Part shown: piece after piece, positions 12,845 to 27,597 of the stretch
How the letters are laid out: each line of letters opens with the position of its first letter
How positions within the stretch are numbered: the stretch's first letter is position 1
Source: Octopus vulgaris
Lineage: Eukaryota
Assembly: GCA_951406725.2 (NCBI GenBank)
Contig: OX597825.1
Coordinates: 1,984,001 to 2,048,000 of the forward strand
DNA: 64,000 bases
Reading direction: 5' to 3'
Made by a program: the position numbers and the translations under genes
Notes under the pieces: generated by a model
What the model was told of the DNA's origin: nothing
Database searches by the model: none
The model's input: the letters and a program-made list of their open reading frames with translations, nothing else

Positions 12845-15800
12845 TCACGTGCAGTATGCGAGGTACACATAAGCTTGATGTTTCGAATGTATTTATTTTT
12901 GGGCTGCCAGGAATTTGGTCGACATATTTGCTACTTTTAATATCGTTCCAAGTCGACCAATAACAATAGGTAACATTGTTATGAGATGCTCCATTCTTCT
13001 GATTTATGTCTCCACGTCCTTCTATTTGATCAATTTCTCAAACGTTTTCAGAGTTGTGCTTTCGTTAGCTGAGGCTGCAGCGTCCGTCGAAAAACATCTT
13101 TTCAATATGATTTTCACAATGACATCAGGTTGGTTAGCCTGAATTTCCTGATCAGTCTGAACTCTGAAAGAAATCCCAAAGGAGGATAACTTCAGCATTT
13201 TGAACAACCTGTGATAGTATATGCTCCTCTTTGTCTGGGAGTATATTCATACGGCATATTGTCCAGGGTATGTACCCAGCTGCTCAATCGTATCTTTGCA
13301 AGCACTCAGTTGGGGCCAATCGGCCACATCCTGAGATTATGTGGTCAATTGTCTGGATATCCTCCTCATCCGTGGCACGATGGCCTGCTTTTATGTTTCA
13401 GGACATTTAACTGGTAATTCCTAGTTGAGAAATGCTGGTCCTGAGTAGTAATAATAAAACCCTGTTTGTAGCTTGAGACCAGAGCATGCTGGCCACTGAC
13501 AGGTAAGTGTTTGGTCAACATCAACGTCTCGAACTCTAATCAGGTATTTGCAATATAGTGGACTTTCCAACAGTGTACTGGAGGTTGTTTATTTGGCTAT
13601 ATGTTTTTCTTATTTGCTTTTGTTAATTAAAGAGACAACACAGTCTTCGGATACTGGTTCAATTAGCTACATTTCCAGAAGATATATTAATTTTTTTCCC
13701 GTCACTGAGTGCAACTTTTGGTATTTTTATGTTACTGAACCAGCTGCAACTTGCTGTCGTTTGCTTGTTGCAGGTAAGCAACAAAGCTGCAATTCTTATT
13801 GAGAGTTGCGATTGTATTAATTAACAACCGCCGTCTTTTCTCGGAAGGTGTATTCGTTGGGATATACATGATATATTGTCAGCTTTCGGATTTTGGCACT
13901 GGCTCTGCTGATCTCAGAAAAGAACCAGTTTGTAACATTGCAGCCGTATACGAATACATATCGGACTAACGTATTTATGGCCTAAGTTTTCTACCTGGCA
14001 TTCAACTCTGTTTCAGAATAGCTCTTCCTCTACAACAGCATTCCTTTCTTATATTGTCTCCAATTGAACAGTGCTTAATTCCAGCTCCTTCAGATACCTA
14101 GATACATATAACTTCCTTCGGGTTCTAATCCTTGTATTGCAATATCTCTGTTTAGAGTGATGGCGCATGTATTTGATATTCCCTTGACAAAGTTTGCTTT
14201 GGCACTTTTATCAGGTCTAAATTGCATTTTGGTGTCATCACTAAATTGTTTCAGTCTCTGAAGGAATGCTTGCAGATTTGATCGTCGTTATAAAGAATGA
14301 ATTAAATTGATGTTTTTTTTTTCATTTCATGCACCATTCACTCACAAGTTGTTTCATTCAGGTGTTTGCGTAGGAGAAACAGCTCTAAACAAGAGATAAT
14401 GAATCTCTGTGGAAAATTCAACAACTGATATTGTCTTCCTCAGAATTTATAGTTATAATCTGCGTGTAGAAAATTATTGTCGTTTTTCGGTGCTTCATGA
14501 CATGAGAAAAATAATTCCTGATTATTCGGAAAATTATGAATGTCTCCAGGCATTCCTGTTTCTAGCTTTGGGGAAGATTATCGAAGGCTTTTTTGTAATC
14601 TATCCAGGCCATTGAAAGATGTTTCTTTTTGCTATTGTGACAATCATCAACAGCAATTCTGCTAATTAACAGCCGTATTATCAATGTTTATAGCTATTTA
14701 TTTCATCAGGGAAAATGTTGTTAATGAGGAAAATATAAGTACGTTCCATTAAAAAGATGTAAGAAACGTGTGCGTTGTTGTGAGGCATGTTATGTGTCTG
14801 TACTTCTCAAGTTTCTGTTACTTCAGCAAACTGAGTTCAGAATCTAATTCATATTTTCCCATCGTTTTTCTTTCAGTTTAATCATTTTTGGGTAACAAAT
14901 AAAGTGATACCATTGGCCAACCATTGCGTGGTGTAATTTATGCTCCTTCATAATTAGCTCTTTATGCGAATTTCTAAAAGCATTAAGCCAATAATTTGGG
15001 ATCTTATCCTTACCAGATGTCTTATATTTACCGGAAACGTAACATCTTCTGCGCTGATTTCTTCTCATATTTAGTCTTCTATAAACTCTGTGCCTTGTTT
15101 ATGTATGTTCATCTTTTGCATATCACAGTTATATTACAGTTATATTACGTCATTGTGGTGGGTCTTTGTGAAGATGTCCTCTAAATTGTCTTTACACTTC
15201 CATGATTTTTTCATGTTTCCAATAACACATTATAATAGATTTCTGCCGTTATTAGGTTCAAATTGATCCGAAAACAAATGAAAAATTTATTGAGCTATGC
15301 GGAGTCAAAACGTCAGTACATTTTTTGGGGACCCCCTGTATTCGATGAACCTTATCATTTTTTGAAGTAACGTATGCACGTAGCTTAGGCCCGCTCTTTT
15401 TTGGTCAAACTCTTTCTCATTATCTTCCTTTTCTATGATTATTGGTTAATTTATTTTGTATTTCTCTGACAGATTGGAGAGTATGAATTTGTTTCTATAT
15501 CTGCTTCTTGCCATTCCAGTTTTCAGTTCTGTGGCACACTTTTAGGTGCATACAGTAGCAGCAGCCGAGAGTAATGTGACATCCATTTTGCTTTAGAATG
15601 GCTTTAAGGGTTGTATTCAGCCGACAGATTGTTTTGTCATTTTTGCTACTATAGCGAATATTATGAAGGTCACTGCGTCCCTTCACGTCTATGGTTTGAA
15701 CTTTGACCCATTCAGCAATTATTTGTCTTCAAGTTCTGTCAGATCACTTGTCCTCATCTCATAAGTATTTATTTCTGCGAAACTCTTGTAATTTCATTGG

Positions 15801-16222
15801 TTTGATCTCCAGAGAGTGTATTTAAGTAGTTTCTTATTGTCTGTGCCATATTTATTTCTTCGTGTGAAAGTTTTTTCTGCCTTGACTCTGACATCCTAGT
15901 TTTGTCTTTTAATTTGTGAGTTGTATTCCATGGGTTGTTTCTCGGATCTAATGCTACATTTACTATTATGCGATCAACCAATGATCGTCTAGTTTTTCCC
16001 TTTTATAACCTCCTTTCTGCTTTCATCCGAAAGTTTATTACTGTTCGTGTTTAGTCCAATGCTAGGATTCTTTCCTCTCCCAATTCAGTATATTTGCTGC
16101 TCAGTGTTTGAAACTTCTGATGGATAATACATGATAATGTAATAAGCCTTAATAATCTGTTGATTGTCTCTCTGGAACATTTTTATCTCTCGACTTGAGT
16201 AGCATCTCATAGTGCTGAACAT

Positions 16223-16274
<52 letters not shown>

Positions 16275-16400
16275 ATAGGACCTTCAGAACGATTTGTCCC
16301 AGTGTGGGAGGCCTCCAGCCTCATATCGTTGGGAAGTTTTGAACCAGTAGCAAACATTTCAACGCCTCATTTGTTCTTCTCAGGGTAACACGGCCTTTGT
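12845..16400 (-). mobile_element. Near full-length decayed R4/Dong-type non-LTR retrotransposon (RT + CCHC + restriction-like endonuclease)
   Basis: Minus-strand remnants in the expected order: QQIIKAYY (N-terminal, ~16150), KTSGKDKIPNYWLNAF (~15000), LYNDDL (~14290, YMDD-like), FSDDTKMQF, GFIITTQDQ, DHIISGC, LLWDF/QTDQEIQANQPDVIVK (RLE, ~13150). Confidence 0.85.
15180..15340 (-). mobile_element. Tc1/mariner-type terminal fragment inserted in the LINE
   Basis: Ends in ...ttttttggggaccccctgta (reverse complement TACAGGGGG..., a typical Tc1/mariner terminus with TA). Confidence 0.4.
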
Positions 16401-16579
16401 TGACCCGAGCGAAAACAGATCCTGTATAAATTCTGATCTGTTGCCATCAACACAGAATGGGTTTGTGATTATGGCATAACAGACACCAGTATTTTTATTG
16501 AGACACCATCTCTAAATAGGTTATCCACTATGGATCAAAATCACCTATCTACCCTTAACTGAGACAAGCTATCCTACAC

Positions 16580-16845
16580 TATTTACCAATCTGGTAAGGT
16601 ACCCTTTATATCAGAGTTCCTGTGCCTTAGACAAATTGTTGTTGTTGTTGTTACCTTTTTGATAGTTTCATACGAAATGTCTCTGCGCCATTTCCAGCAC
16701 GTCGTAGTTCTTGAGGTGTTTACTGCATTGTGTGCAGTTATTATTTCTGTTATGCTAAGAGGTCCATCCACCTTCTCTGCCTCTGCCGCATCAATTCGTT
16801 TCAGGATGAGGATTAGCTTGTCGTTGTTTTTGTGTATCATATTAT
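16580..16845 (-). mobile_element. LINE ORF2 fragment (pre-RT region)
   Basis: ORF 16583-16840 has VDGPLSITEIITA...GTLPDW, resembling LINE PIxxxEIxxAI...GxxPxxW. Confidence 0.45.
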
Positions 16846-17019
16846 TGTGAGCAATGTGAGTTGTGTTATTTTATTGGATATTAAGCTTAAAGCGTGTTTG
16901 TGCTGTGTTTGCAATTTCATTTTTATTATGTGCTCATTCTTCAGGGTGGGTGTTGCACAATGCTCTGTCACCTCCACCTCATACTCCGCTTCTTTATAAT
17001 CATATAGTCGCCAAAATCC

Positions 17020-17360
17020 TCATCATCGTCATCATCGTCGTCATTGTCGTCGTCTTTGTCGTTGTTGTCGTCTCAGCTGTCATCACTGCCGTTGTAGCTA
17101 TCATGGTTAGCATCGCCGTCGTCGGCCTCATCGTCACCGTCATCATCGTAATCGTCGTCACCGTGCCGTCATCATCATCATCATCATTAGACTACCAAAA
17201 GCAACACCACCGCCGTCGCCGTCATCATCGCCCTCGTCGTCGTCGCCATCGCCGTGTTCGTCGTCATCGTCGTCGTCATCGTCATCGTCATCGTCATCAT
17301 CATCATCATCATCATCACCATCATCACCATCATCATCATCGGTTGTTGTTGCTATTGCTG
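17020..17360. repeat. Degenerate (CAT)/(CGT)/(GTC) trinucleotide array
   Basis: Directly visible; source of the poly-H/R/D/V ORFs. Confidence 0.95.
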
Positions 17361-17684
17361 ATGTCATTGTTCTTCCTTGCTCCCGTTGACATAGTAATCC
17401 TCTTAAAGATGGAGACTGAGTGGAGTAAAAAACAATTGTTTCGTCGAAACATATTTATTTGAGAAAGCTTAAATCTAGACAGAAAGCGAAGAGAGTTGAT
17501 AGTGAGAGAGATAGGGAGAGAGAGAGAGTGAGAGAGAGAGAGAAAAAGATAGGGAGAGAGAGGGAGAGGGAGAGAGGGAGAGGGAGAGAGAGAGAGAGGT
17601 TGAGAAAGAGATAGAGTGAAAATAAAATGTGAAGATGTGGGTGGGAGGGAGAAAATATGAGAGTACATGAGAGGGATATGTGTG

Positions 17685-17715
<31 letters not shown>

Positions 17716-17889
17716 ATGTGCATGTGTTTGTGTGTATACAGAAAATGGGAAAGAAAGTAAAGGAGAAAGTAAGACAGAGAAAGTGGGTGGAGAAGAAAGA
17801 GAGAGTGGGAATGAAATAGAAAAAAACGGTAGAAGATTAATGAGAATGAGTAGAGAAGCGAAAGTGCAAAATAAAATGAAAGACAGAAG

Positions 17890-17943
<54 letters not shown>

Positions 17944-18631
17944 AAGAAAGAAAGAAAGAGAGATAGAGATAGAGTGAGAGAGAAAGGAAGAAGGAGAGTG
18001 AATGAGAACACCAAGAGAATGATAAACAGAAATGATGACAGAGATACGGAGAATGTGGAGGGCAAATTAAAAGGAAAAGTGCAAATTTAAGAGATGTAAA
18101 AATGGATGAGGTTTTGTGAGAAAATAATCCATAGATAAGGATGGATGCTGTCAGAGAGAACGAAGAAGAGAATGAGAAAGATAGGTAGATAGATAGAGAG
18201 GGAGAGAGAGAGGTGGGGAGGACAAAGAGGGAGCTGTAAAACATAGAGGCGCAAGATAAAATGTATGGAAGGAGAAATATGAAAAGTAAATAGAATGCGT
18301 CGCGTGACTAGCGAAAATGTAGGTGCCAAAAATATAAATAGTTAGTTAGATACCTAGCTAGCTGGCAGAATAAGTAGATAGAAAGATAGATAAATAGATA
18401 AATAGAGAGAAGGATAGACAGATAGATATGACAGGGGAGATACAGCTAGAGAGAAAGAGAGAGACATGATGAATGTATGGAAGGAGAAAAGAGAAGAAAT
18501 GAGAGAAGAATACGTCACTTGAGAAAAATCATTTGAAAGCGGGAATGATTCTACAGAGAAAGAAACTAAAGGAAACAGGATTAAAATATAAGGTTAGATT
18601 GAATGAGGCAGAAAACCAATGACGGAATGAC

Positions 18632-19024
18632 AAGAAGCTTGCTTCCCAACCACATGGTTCTGGGTTCAGTTCCACTCCGTAGCACCTTGGGCAAGTGTCT
18701 TCTACTACTGCCTCGGGCCGACAATACTTTGTGAGTGGATTTGGTAGATGGAAACTGAAAGAAGCCCGTCGTACATATATGTCTATATGTGTGTGTCGTT
18801 GTGTCTGTGTTTATTCTTCCCGCCACCGCTTGATAACCGGTGCTTGTGTGTTTACTTCCCCGTAACCTAGCGCTTCGACAAAAGAGTCCGATAGAATAAG
18901 TATCGGACTTATAAAAAATAAGTACAGGGGTCGATACATTCGACTAAAGATTCTTCAAGACGGTGCCCCAGCATGGCCGCAGTCTAATGACTGAAACAAG
19001 TAAAAGAATAAAAGAATAAAAGAA
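18632..19024 (+). mobile_element. SINE family B (tRNA head, CORE-like segment, internal (TA/TG)n)
   Basis: aaccacatggttctgggttcagtt..caccttgggcaagtgtcttctact..gatagaataagta..ccagcatggccgcagtctaatgactgaaacaagtaaaaga tail. Confidence 0.9.
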
Positions 19025-19281
19025 TGGATGAGGAGAAAAGAAAGATGGGAATAAGATGAGAAAGAATGAGAGAATGCGAGATAGGAGAAGAAAGATGGAG
19101 ATTTAAAGAAATAGAAAGGGCCGAGACGTATTGTTGCCAGATGACAGTCGTTTTCAAGGCAGTGCTCCAGCGTGGACAGAGTCGAAATGAGTGAAACAAG
19201 TAAACAGAAAGAAAAAAAGAAAAAGAGGAAAATGTAGAAAAGCAAGAAGAATCAGAAATTAGGCGAAAGAGAGCGAAATAA

Positions 19282-19324
<43 letters not shown>

Positions 19325-20064
19325 GAGCGAGAAATAGAAAGACAAGATAGAGAGACGGAAAGAGAAAAGTGAAGAGAATGCAGTAGAATAATATGTAAGT
19401 TTAAGGAAGGTAGATGGCAGAATGAATGGTCTCAGAGGAGGAGGAAGTGGAGGAGGAGAGAGAGTGAGAGAGTGAGAGAGAGAGGGAGAGAAACACTGTG
19501 AGCCAGAGACATTTCAGAATGGTGAAGTGTATTCAGGCAGTATATGAAGAATATGTTTAGTGGCGTTTAGCCATCTCCACCATACACACACGCACAATTC
19601 ATTCGCTAAGAGATCCACATTCATGGAATTCAGTCTGATTTCAATAGATTGCAATACATATTAATAAAATAAAATAAAATATTTCTTCGATTATACCATG
19701 AAACACTCAGTTTTCTGCAAGGAAACGAGCTGACTTCACTCTTTATAGATTGGCAGAGAGAGAAATCACTGGGGAACGGTCAGTCAATGTCATCTCACTT
19801 TAAGCCTCGAACGACCCAGTTTATGAATCTAAGGTTATAAACTAGATTTATCTGCAATGTAGGTGAATACGCGTGGGGATTTCTCATACAGAGTTGAAAA
19901 ACTTTGATCCAATGAAGTTTTTTCAAGCAATTGGATAAAACTAGTGCTTAAAAATAAAACGTGGGAATGTGGTTGAGTAGTTAGTTTCCTAATCGCGTGG
20001 GCTTGGGTTCAGGCCCACGCCCCATTAATTTGGGCAAATACATTTTACCATAACCACCGATAAT

Positions 20065-20382
20065 AAGCGTAAGCCAGTGTCAACGGTGGTTCCAGAAATT
20101 CCGAGCCGGAAAGTACAGCCTAGAAGACGAGCCTCGTCCTGGAAGATCTGCAGAGCTCGATGAGGACGTCCTGCAAAACTTGGTGGAACAAAATCCCATT
20201 GTAACTGTTGAGGAACTAGCAGAGAAATCTTGATTTGGTTATTCTACCATTCATCGACACCTGCGTGCCATAGGAAAGTCAGTAAATCGGGTCAATGGGT
20301 TCCTCACAAAGATTTCGAGTATAATCGTGCGCAGAGAGTGAATGCGTGTTCTTCTTTGCTGTCACGTGTCACGAATAAACCC
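20065..20382 (+). mobile_element. Mariner transposase N-terminal fragment (pseudogene)
   Basis: Translates CQRWFQKFRAGKYSLEDEPRPGR...VEQNP..TVEELAE..STIHRHLRAIGK/SKSGQWVPHK...RVNACSSLL: mariner HTH plus WVPHEL-like motif, with a stop and a frameshift. Confidence 0.9.
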
Positions 20383-21229
20383 TGACGTCACGCCTCCCAG
20401 TTGTGACCATCACATCTTTTTCATATTGCCAATCATATTGTCATATATAGGCCTTTATTAAAGACAACAGGACGAGATTATGAGAGACTTAACCGCTTTT
20501 TCTTCCAGCATGCTAGTCAAGTATGCGTTAGCGCCCTCTTGAACAATCTTACCCTTTTTGGTACCTCCTTCCGCATGTAATACTTTCCATTTCATATTTT
20601 AATATTTGTTGGCTAAAGCAGCGGGGGGTTAATTAGCCTGCCAGTTTGCCCTTCGAGACGATCTCAGATTTCGCTTATAGAAAATAATAGAAAGGGATGA
20701 TTAGCCGTTACATATTTACATATCATCACCTTTTAGCGCCATTAATTGATTCATTATATTCATCCCACCAGATTCAGTGATTGGATTATGACCATACACT
20801 GAACAAGATGTTGTGGATATTCGGTGATTCTACCGAAGAATGTACTTCTTTAATGGTCTACAGGAATCAGAGATGAGTTTGAACTGAGATGTAAACTAGA
20901 GTAATCAAATAATAAAGCGTTTTATCTAACATACTTAAGACTTGACTATCCACACACCAGTTTTTCATTGATAAGAACTGGTAAGGACAAGCAACAGCAA
21001 CAACAACCAGAGCAACAATATGCACGTTTATGACACGCAAACACAGTGACAGACATGACACTTTCGCAAGCACTAAGTACGAACAATCACACTTTCACAT
21101 AACGTAATTTTATGTCTGTCATACAATGGTAGCGTATCATTAAATGGCCTCCTTATTTCTTCTTTTGCCTAACTCCTCTTCCCTTATGTCATTGCTAGCG
21201 TCTCTCTGTCTGACACTCTCTCTTAATAA

Positions 21230-22500
<1,271 letters not shown>

Positions 22501-22914
22501 AAAGAGGTAGATTATGAAAATACAATCGTAAACAAAACACTCAACTTGTGTAATATTACTTCCATAAATACAGAAGTGCACGCAGTTATACATCGAAACG
22601 CAAATTTTCATTCACATGCGCATACACTCATACACAAACACATATAGACACACACATATATATTTGCTAAATCACATGACGTCAACTTTATGAAGGAAAT
22701 TAACACAAATATAAAGTATGATATTTATTTGATCTGAAATATAGAGCGCTTACGTTTCGCTTCACGGCTTGTTTTCAAGATCCCCAAGAGAAAAATATAT
22801 ACTCATGGTTTGCCTGCGACTCGGTTGCTGAGTGATGCTCGGGGTATGAAGAAGCTATGAGCTGAAATGTGAAAATATAGAAACAAAGAGAATAAGTGAT
22901 GCATGTATCTTTAT

Positions 22915-23230
22915 GTTTCGTTTACTCCTTTGCTTATCTTATTCACTGGGCCACGGCAATGCTGGAGCACCGCTTTGGTGACTTTAGTCGAACAAATTGA
23001 ACATAATTTATATTTTTAAATATGGTATTTAATAGAACGGTATCTTTTGGCCCACCGCTAGGGTACGGGTACGTAAACAAGCCCGGTCATCTAGCGTTGG
23101 TGGAGGACACCACAAACACAAAATGACTCACAATCACGCATGTGCAGACACGCACATTTACACCCGTACACACGCCCACACCCAGAAAAACACACAAACA
23201 TATACACAACTGGCTTTCTAACAGTTGAAG
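22915..23230 (-). mobile_element. SINE family B, degenerate
   Basis: tttactcc...gccacggcaatgctggagcaccgc...tttagtcgaacaaat...acgtaaaca is the reverse complement of the family-B 3' half. Confidence 0.7.
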
Positions 23231-23240
23231 CGGTTTGCTC

Positions 23241-23280
<40 letters not shown>

Positions 23281-23654
23281 GCTTAAGTCTGCCATGAAGT
23301 TACAACCGAGACTTACTATAAAGCGGGAATCGTTCGGAGTTCTCTCTCCAAAAGGAATCGTTGTTTTCCTGTGATTTCTCCCTTTAGTACAAGGACCCAC
23401 ATTTCGAAGAGGATTTTAGTTGGTTTAATTTTCCCTCGCACTTGACTGGTTCGTATGTTATCGATGGAATCCGCAGGGAAGGAGAAGATACATTCCATTG
23501 AGATTTGAACTTAGAACGCAAAGAGAAGCAGCAATATAACATTAAACAAAATATCTTTATGATGATTTACTGATTCTGATATCATCGAAATCAATGAAAG
23601 CAATAATCAGAAAAGGATTCTGACGAAGGATCCAAGCAGCTTTTATTTTTACAA

Positions 23655-24410
23655 ACGTTAACGATACATTAACGCAGTGGGTTATCAATAGATTGATCCA
23701 AAGGATATCGATACATTTATATGGAACGGTATGCATGTATTGGTACAGCAAAATATCAATACTTTTCCACAGTGCCGTATCGATACATTGGAACTCTGGG
23801 CTCTCAATAATTTTACTCAGCCGAGCATCAATACTTTGATACATTCGAAACACTGATAAAGTATTAACGCAATGTGACACGAATCTATCGATAGAGTGGA
23901 TTATCGAGTAATTCAAGGAATTTGCATTAATTAAAATTTCATGACGTCATCTAGTATGCCATGACATACGTCTTTATGCAGTAGACGTTCTTGGGTAAAT
24001 TTTCCCTACGTTGACACAGTGGGGGTGTCAATATATTGACAGGTTGGGTTGTCAATATATTGGTACAGTGAGCTATCGATACATTAACACATGGGTTATC
24101 AACATAATGAAACAGTGGTGCATGAATACACTGAGCCAGCAGGAGAACCAATATATTGATATTGTGAGACGTCAATATATTGACATGGTAGCGTAATAAT
24201 GTATTGACATAGTGTAATATCAGTATATTGACACAGTGGCCTATCAATACATTAATGCAGTGGGCAATCAATACTTTCTGATAGCAGAGTATAAGTATAA
24301 TGACTCAGTAGGTTCTCAATCGGTAGACACAGTGGGATACAGGAATACTGACACAGTGCGTTATTACAGTAATACATTAACACAGTAGGTTCTCGATACA
24401 GTGGTACAGA
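23655..24410. repeat. Degenerate ~24-bp minisatellite, consensus ~tatcaatatattgacacagtgggc
   Basis: Repeated tcaatatattga / tcgatacatt + acagtgg units, clearest at 24011-24275. Confidence 0.85.
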
Positions 24411-24896
24411 AAATCTTCACCAGACCTCTATTATATAACTTCGATATAATCAACTAGAAAATCTGTGAGATCCAAAATATTGATATCCGTACATAAAGCT
24501 TTCTCGTTTATTGGATTTACAATGAGATAAACCAACTGGGGTAGGTATTTGATGTAATTAGCAGGAAGATACACAGCAGTTTCATGAATATGTGGTTATT
24601 GTGTAAAACACACACAGAACTAACCTTTAAAATATGTTTTACTAGCCTGAAATACTAAAATTATAGAAGAAGCATTGGGAGGAACTTTCATCAGAGCGAA
24701 TTAGAAGGCTTTTGATTCGATATGTGTACTTCTTAACTACCCCAAATCTTAAACTAAAGTAAGAAACAGTGACTGAAAGCTAAATTCTACATACCTGAAC
24801 AAAGAGATCTTTAAGTTGCTGTCAAATTTAAATCTGGCAATGTCTGGAAATGGTATGAGACACAGAGCTATATATTTAAAATACGTCTAGTATTAG

Positions 24897-25122
24897 CGAA
24901 GGCGGTGAGCTGGCAGAATCGTTAGCACGCCGAGCAAAATGCCTAGTGGTATTTCATCCGTCTTTACATTCTGAGTTCAAATTCCGTCTAGCTTAATTTT
25001 ACCTTTCATCCTTTCCGGGTCAATACAATAGGTATCATATGAACACTGGGGGGTCGATGTACTCGATTTATCCCCCCCCACTTTAAGCTGCACGCATTGA
25101 GCCAAAGTGTGAAACCAATATT
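24897..25122 (+). mobile_element. SINE family A with 11-bp TSD
   Basis: Near-consensus copy flanked by tctagtattag (24886-24896, 25123-25133). Confidence 0.92.
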
Positions 25123-27543
25123 TCTAGTATTAGTTTAGATGGAAAACCGAGACACGGACGTTGACAGGTTCGTCGTTATTTGGAGCAATAACAATTCTAA
25201 ACAGTAATACTTCGTAAAATGTTACAAATGATATAAACCGGCCGCACAACGAATACCAGTATACTAACTGATAGGATGATTGCTGCATATCAGCCAGACA
25301 TAAGACAAAGATATAAAAAGAAAAATTAAATATATGACTTCGTTCTAATTGATATGCCGTGCATAAATAGCAGCAGAATAGGAAAAGCTATGAAAATGTA
25401 TGGAGACGTATTGCGAATGCCGGATACAGAAAACAGGTAGTTTTCATAGAAACTCAACGATAGTTATGGGAAAAGAAAAACCGGCGCCACCGTTACCACC
25501 AGCACCACCAGTGCCTCCGGGACCCCCACCCCCACCACCGATGACGACAAGAGCAATATTTCGACAGAACCCTGAGTACATATTCTCAAACTTACATACA
25601 CACACGTACATACACACATACATGCACACACATTCACACATGGGTACACACATACACTCACACACGCACATACATGGACGTCAATGAATTTGCGATACGT
25701 TTATATTTTTAAAGTATGTCTCTTCATGTGAATGAACACTTGCATGGATGTTTAATTATAAGACATGTTTACCAGCTCCTGAGTCTCCATAGGAATGTGC
25801 CAATGACGATGAAAATACATAAAAAAAGAAAAAAGAATTCTTCTATGAAAGACCATGTGTTGCATTATTTGAAAAATTCCCTAGAGGAGAGATTTGCCTG
25901 TGCATTGACGAAGAACAAGATACAAAAAAAATACAAATGATAAAAAGGAAAAAAAAAACTGTAGTAATACCAATCAGAATCCAACACCAGCCGTCAGAGA
26001 TTAAATTGACTACTTATGCGCGAACGTGCAATTGGCAGAGTTGGAAAAATTGAGTTGGAGAAGTGAAAAGATTCACAAACAGATTAAAAGCACACTGCAT
26101 GAAGAGGTAACAAAGAAACGGCACATACATATTCAGACACTGTCATCATGATTACGAAGTATTTGATGTTTCACCACCAAAAGTTGGTCGGCAAAACAGA
26201 AGATAACTCTTCAGAAACTGAAAAATTTGATAGAAAATAACATTGGCCTGAAGGAAACTTCTCTGTAAGAATAGAAATGGTCCCAGGAACAGTAAACAGA
26301 AAGGTGGGAAAAAATGAAATAAAACAAAAAACAGCATTGAGAAATGACTGGAGAAAAGGAGATAGAAAAGGAAAGAACATTTCTCATTGGAACTGATTGT
26401 TCTCCCATTGTCGACTTGTGAAAAAAATCGATTCAACTGAGAAAGAGCCTTAAGTACAAATGGACAAGACCCTTCAACAATATGCTAATCGGATCCTGTA
26501 ACACACAAATAGACAACATGGGAATTATAACTGACTTAACTTTGGCAATGAGAAAGATAGTAAGTAATGAGCGCAATGAAGATATCGAGGAAAGAAACCT
26601 GTCACCAAAGCGTTCCTAGCAGATGGAAAGAAAAAACGAAAGTCAAAGTGACAACAAAAGAAGTCAGGAAAAGAAAAGAGTTTTCGACAACGTATTTCCG
26701 GGACATCAAATGAAAAATATAAATGTAGAGAAAAGAGCGCAGAAAGAAGTCATAAAGAAATGAGATTTAAAATCTTGACAGACTCAGGGATAGCTGGTAC
26801 TTGCTAACAAGAAATAGTTACGGAATTATAAAGTAAAAGAACATAGAACAAAGCTACGCGAAAGAAAGCATTGTTGGCGTAAATATGTGAAGGTGAGGAA
26901 AAACTCATTGTTTATTCGTATTCAAAATCTAATGTTAAAATATGTTTACAGCTACAACTTAATTTAATAATTCATATATCATGTTGTACATCCTGGAAGC
27001 AATGTCGGAGAATTTCCTATACAACGCCATCTTTGTTTTCCTAAATAGCTTAGCGATACATACACCCACACAGAGAAAAGCGAACAAGATATTTTAACAA
27101 TGGCGTAACTAGCGATTCGCGTTAATCAAAAAGGAAATAAATACACTCTTGCCTGCCGAATTCATGTTCAGTAATCATCTTTAGTTTTAACACAGAAGTT
27201 ATTGGATAGCGTGACTAAAATATGTTAACATTTATGGAAATTATAATTTAATCCAATAGTCATATGTGATGTCTGTTCCTCTCGCAATAATGATAATCTA
27301 AGAGGTAGATTGGTGTATATCGAGATGTATTTAGTGCGATAGATTAAAAGATGGCGACAATGATGACAATTATCTTTGTCGGAAACAAGGAAAAAGATAA
27401 GGATGCAAGAAAAAGACGTTAGGCAAGAAAAGTGGTGAAACAGAAAATAATTATTATCTTGGAAAGTGTTATAAAACAAGAAAATTATGAAACCGGAAAA
27501 GGGGGGAAAGGTGTGAAACTACAAGAAAAAGTATGATGCAGAT

Positions 27544-27597
<54 letters not shown>

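Noticed and set aside
16863-17462. 199-aa ORF with TM-like and His/Arg-rich segments
   Set aside because: Explained by trinucleotide low-complexity repeats.
23655-24410. CRISPR-like array
   Set aside because: Units are contiguous and degenerate with no unique spacers; no cas genes; eukaryotic context.
25400-25687. Proline-rich ORF (formin/WASP-like PPPP)
   Set aside because: Prolines come from a degenerate (CCA)n tract that runs into (CA)n; no domain or splice support.
25700-26900. A-rich stretch possibly from LINE ORF1 or a gene
   Set aside because: No diagnostic motif could be read in any frame; left unannotated.
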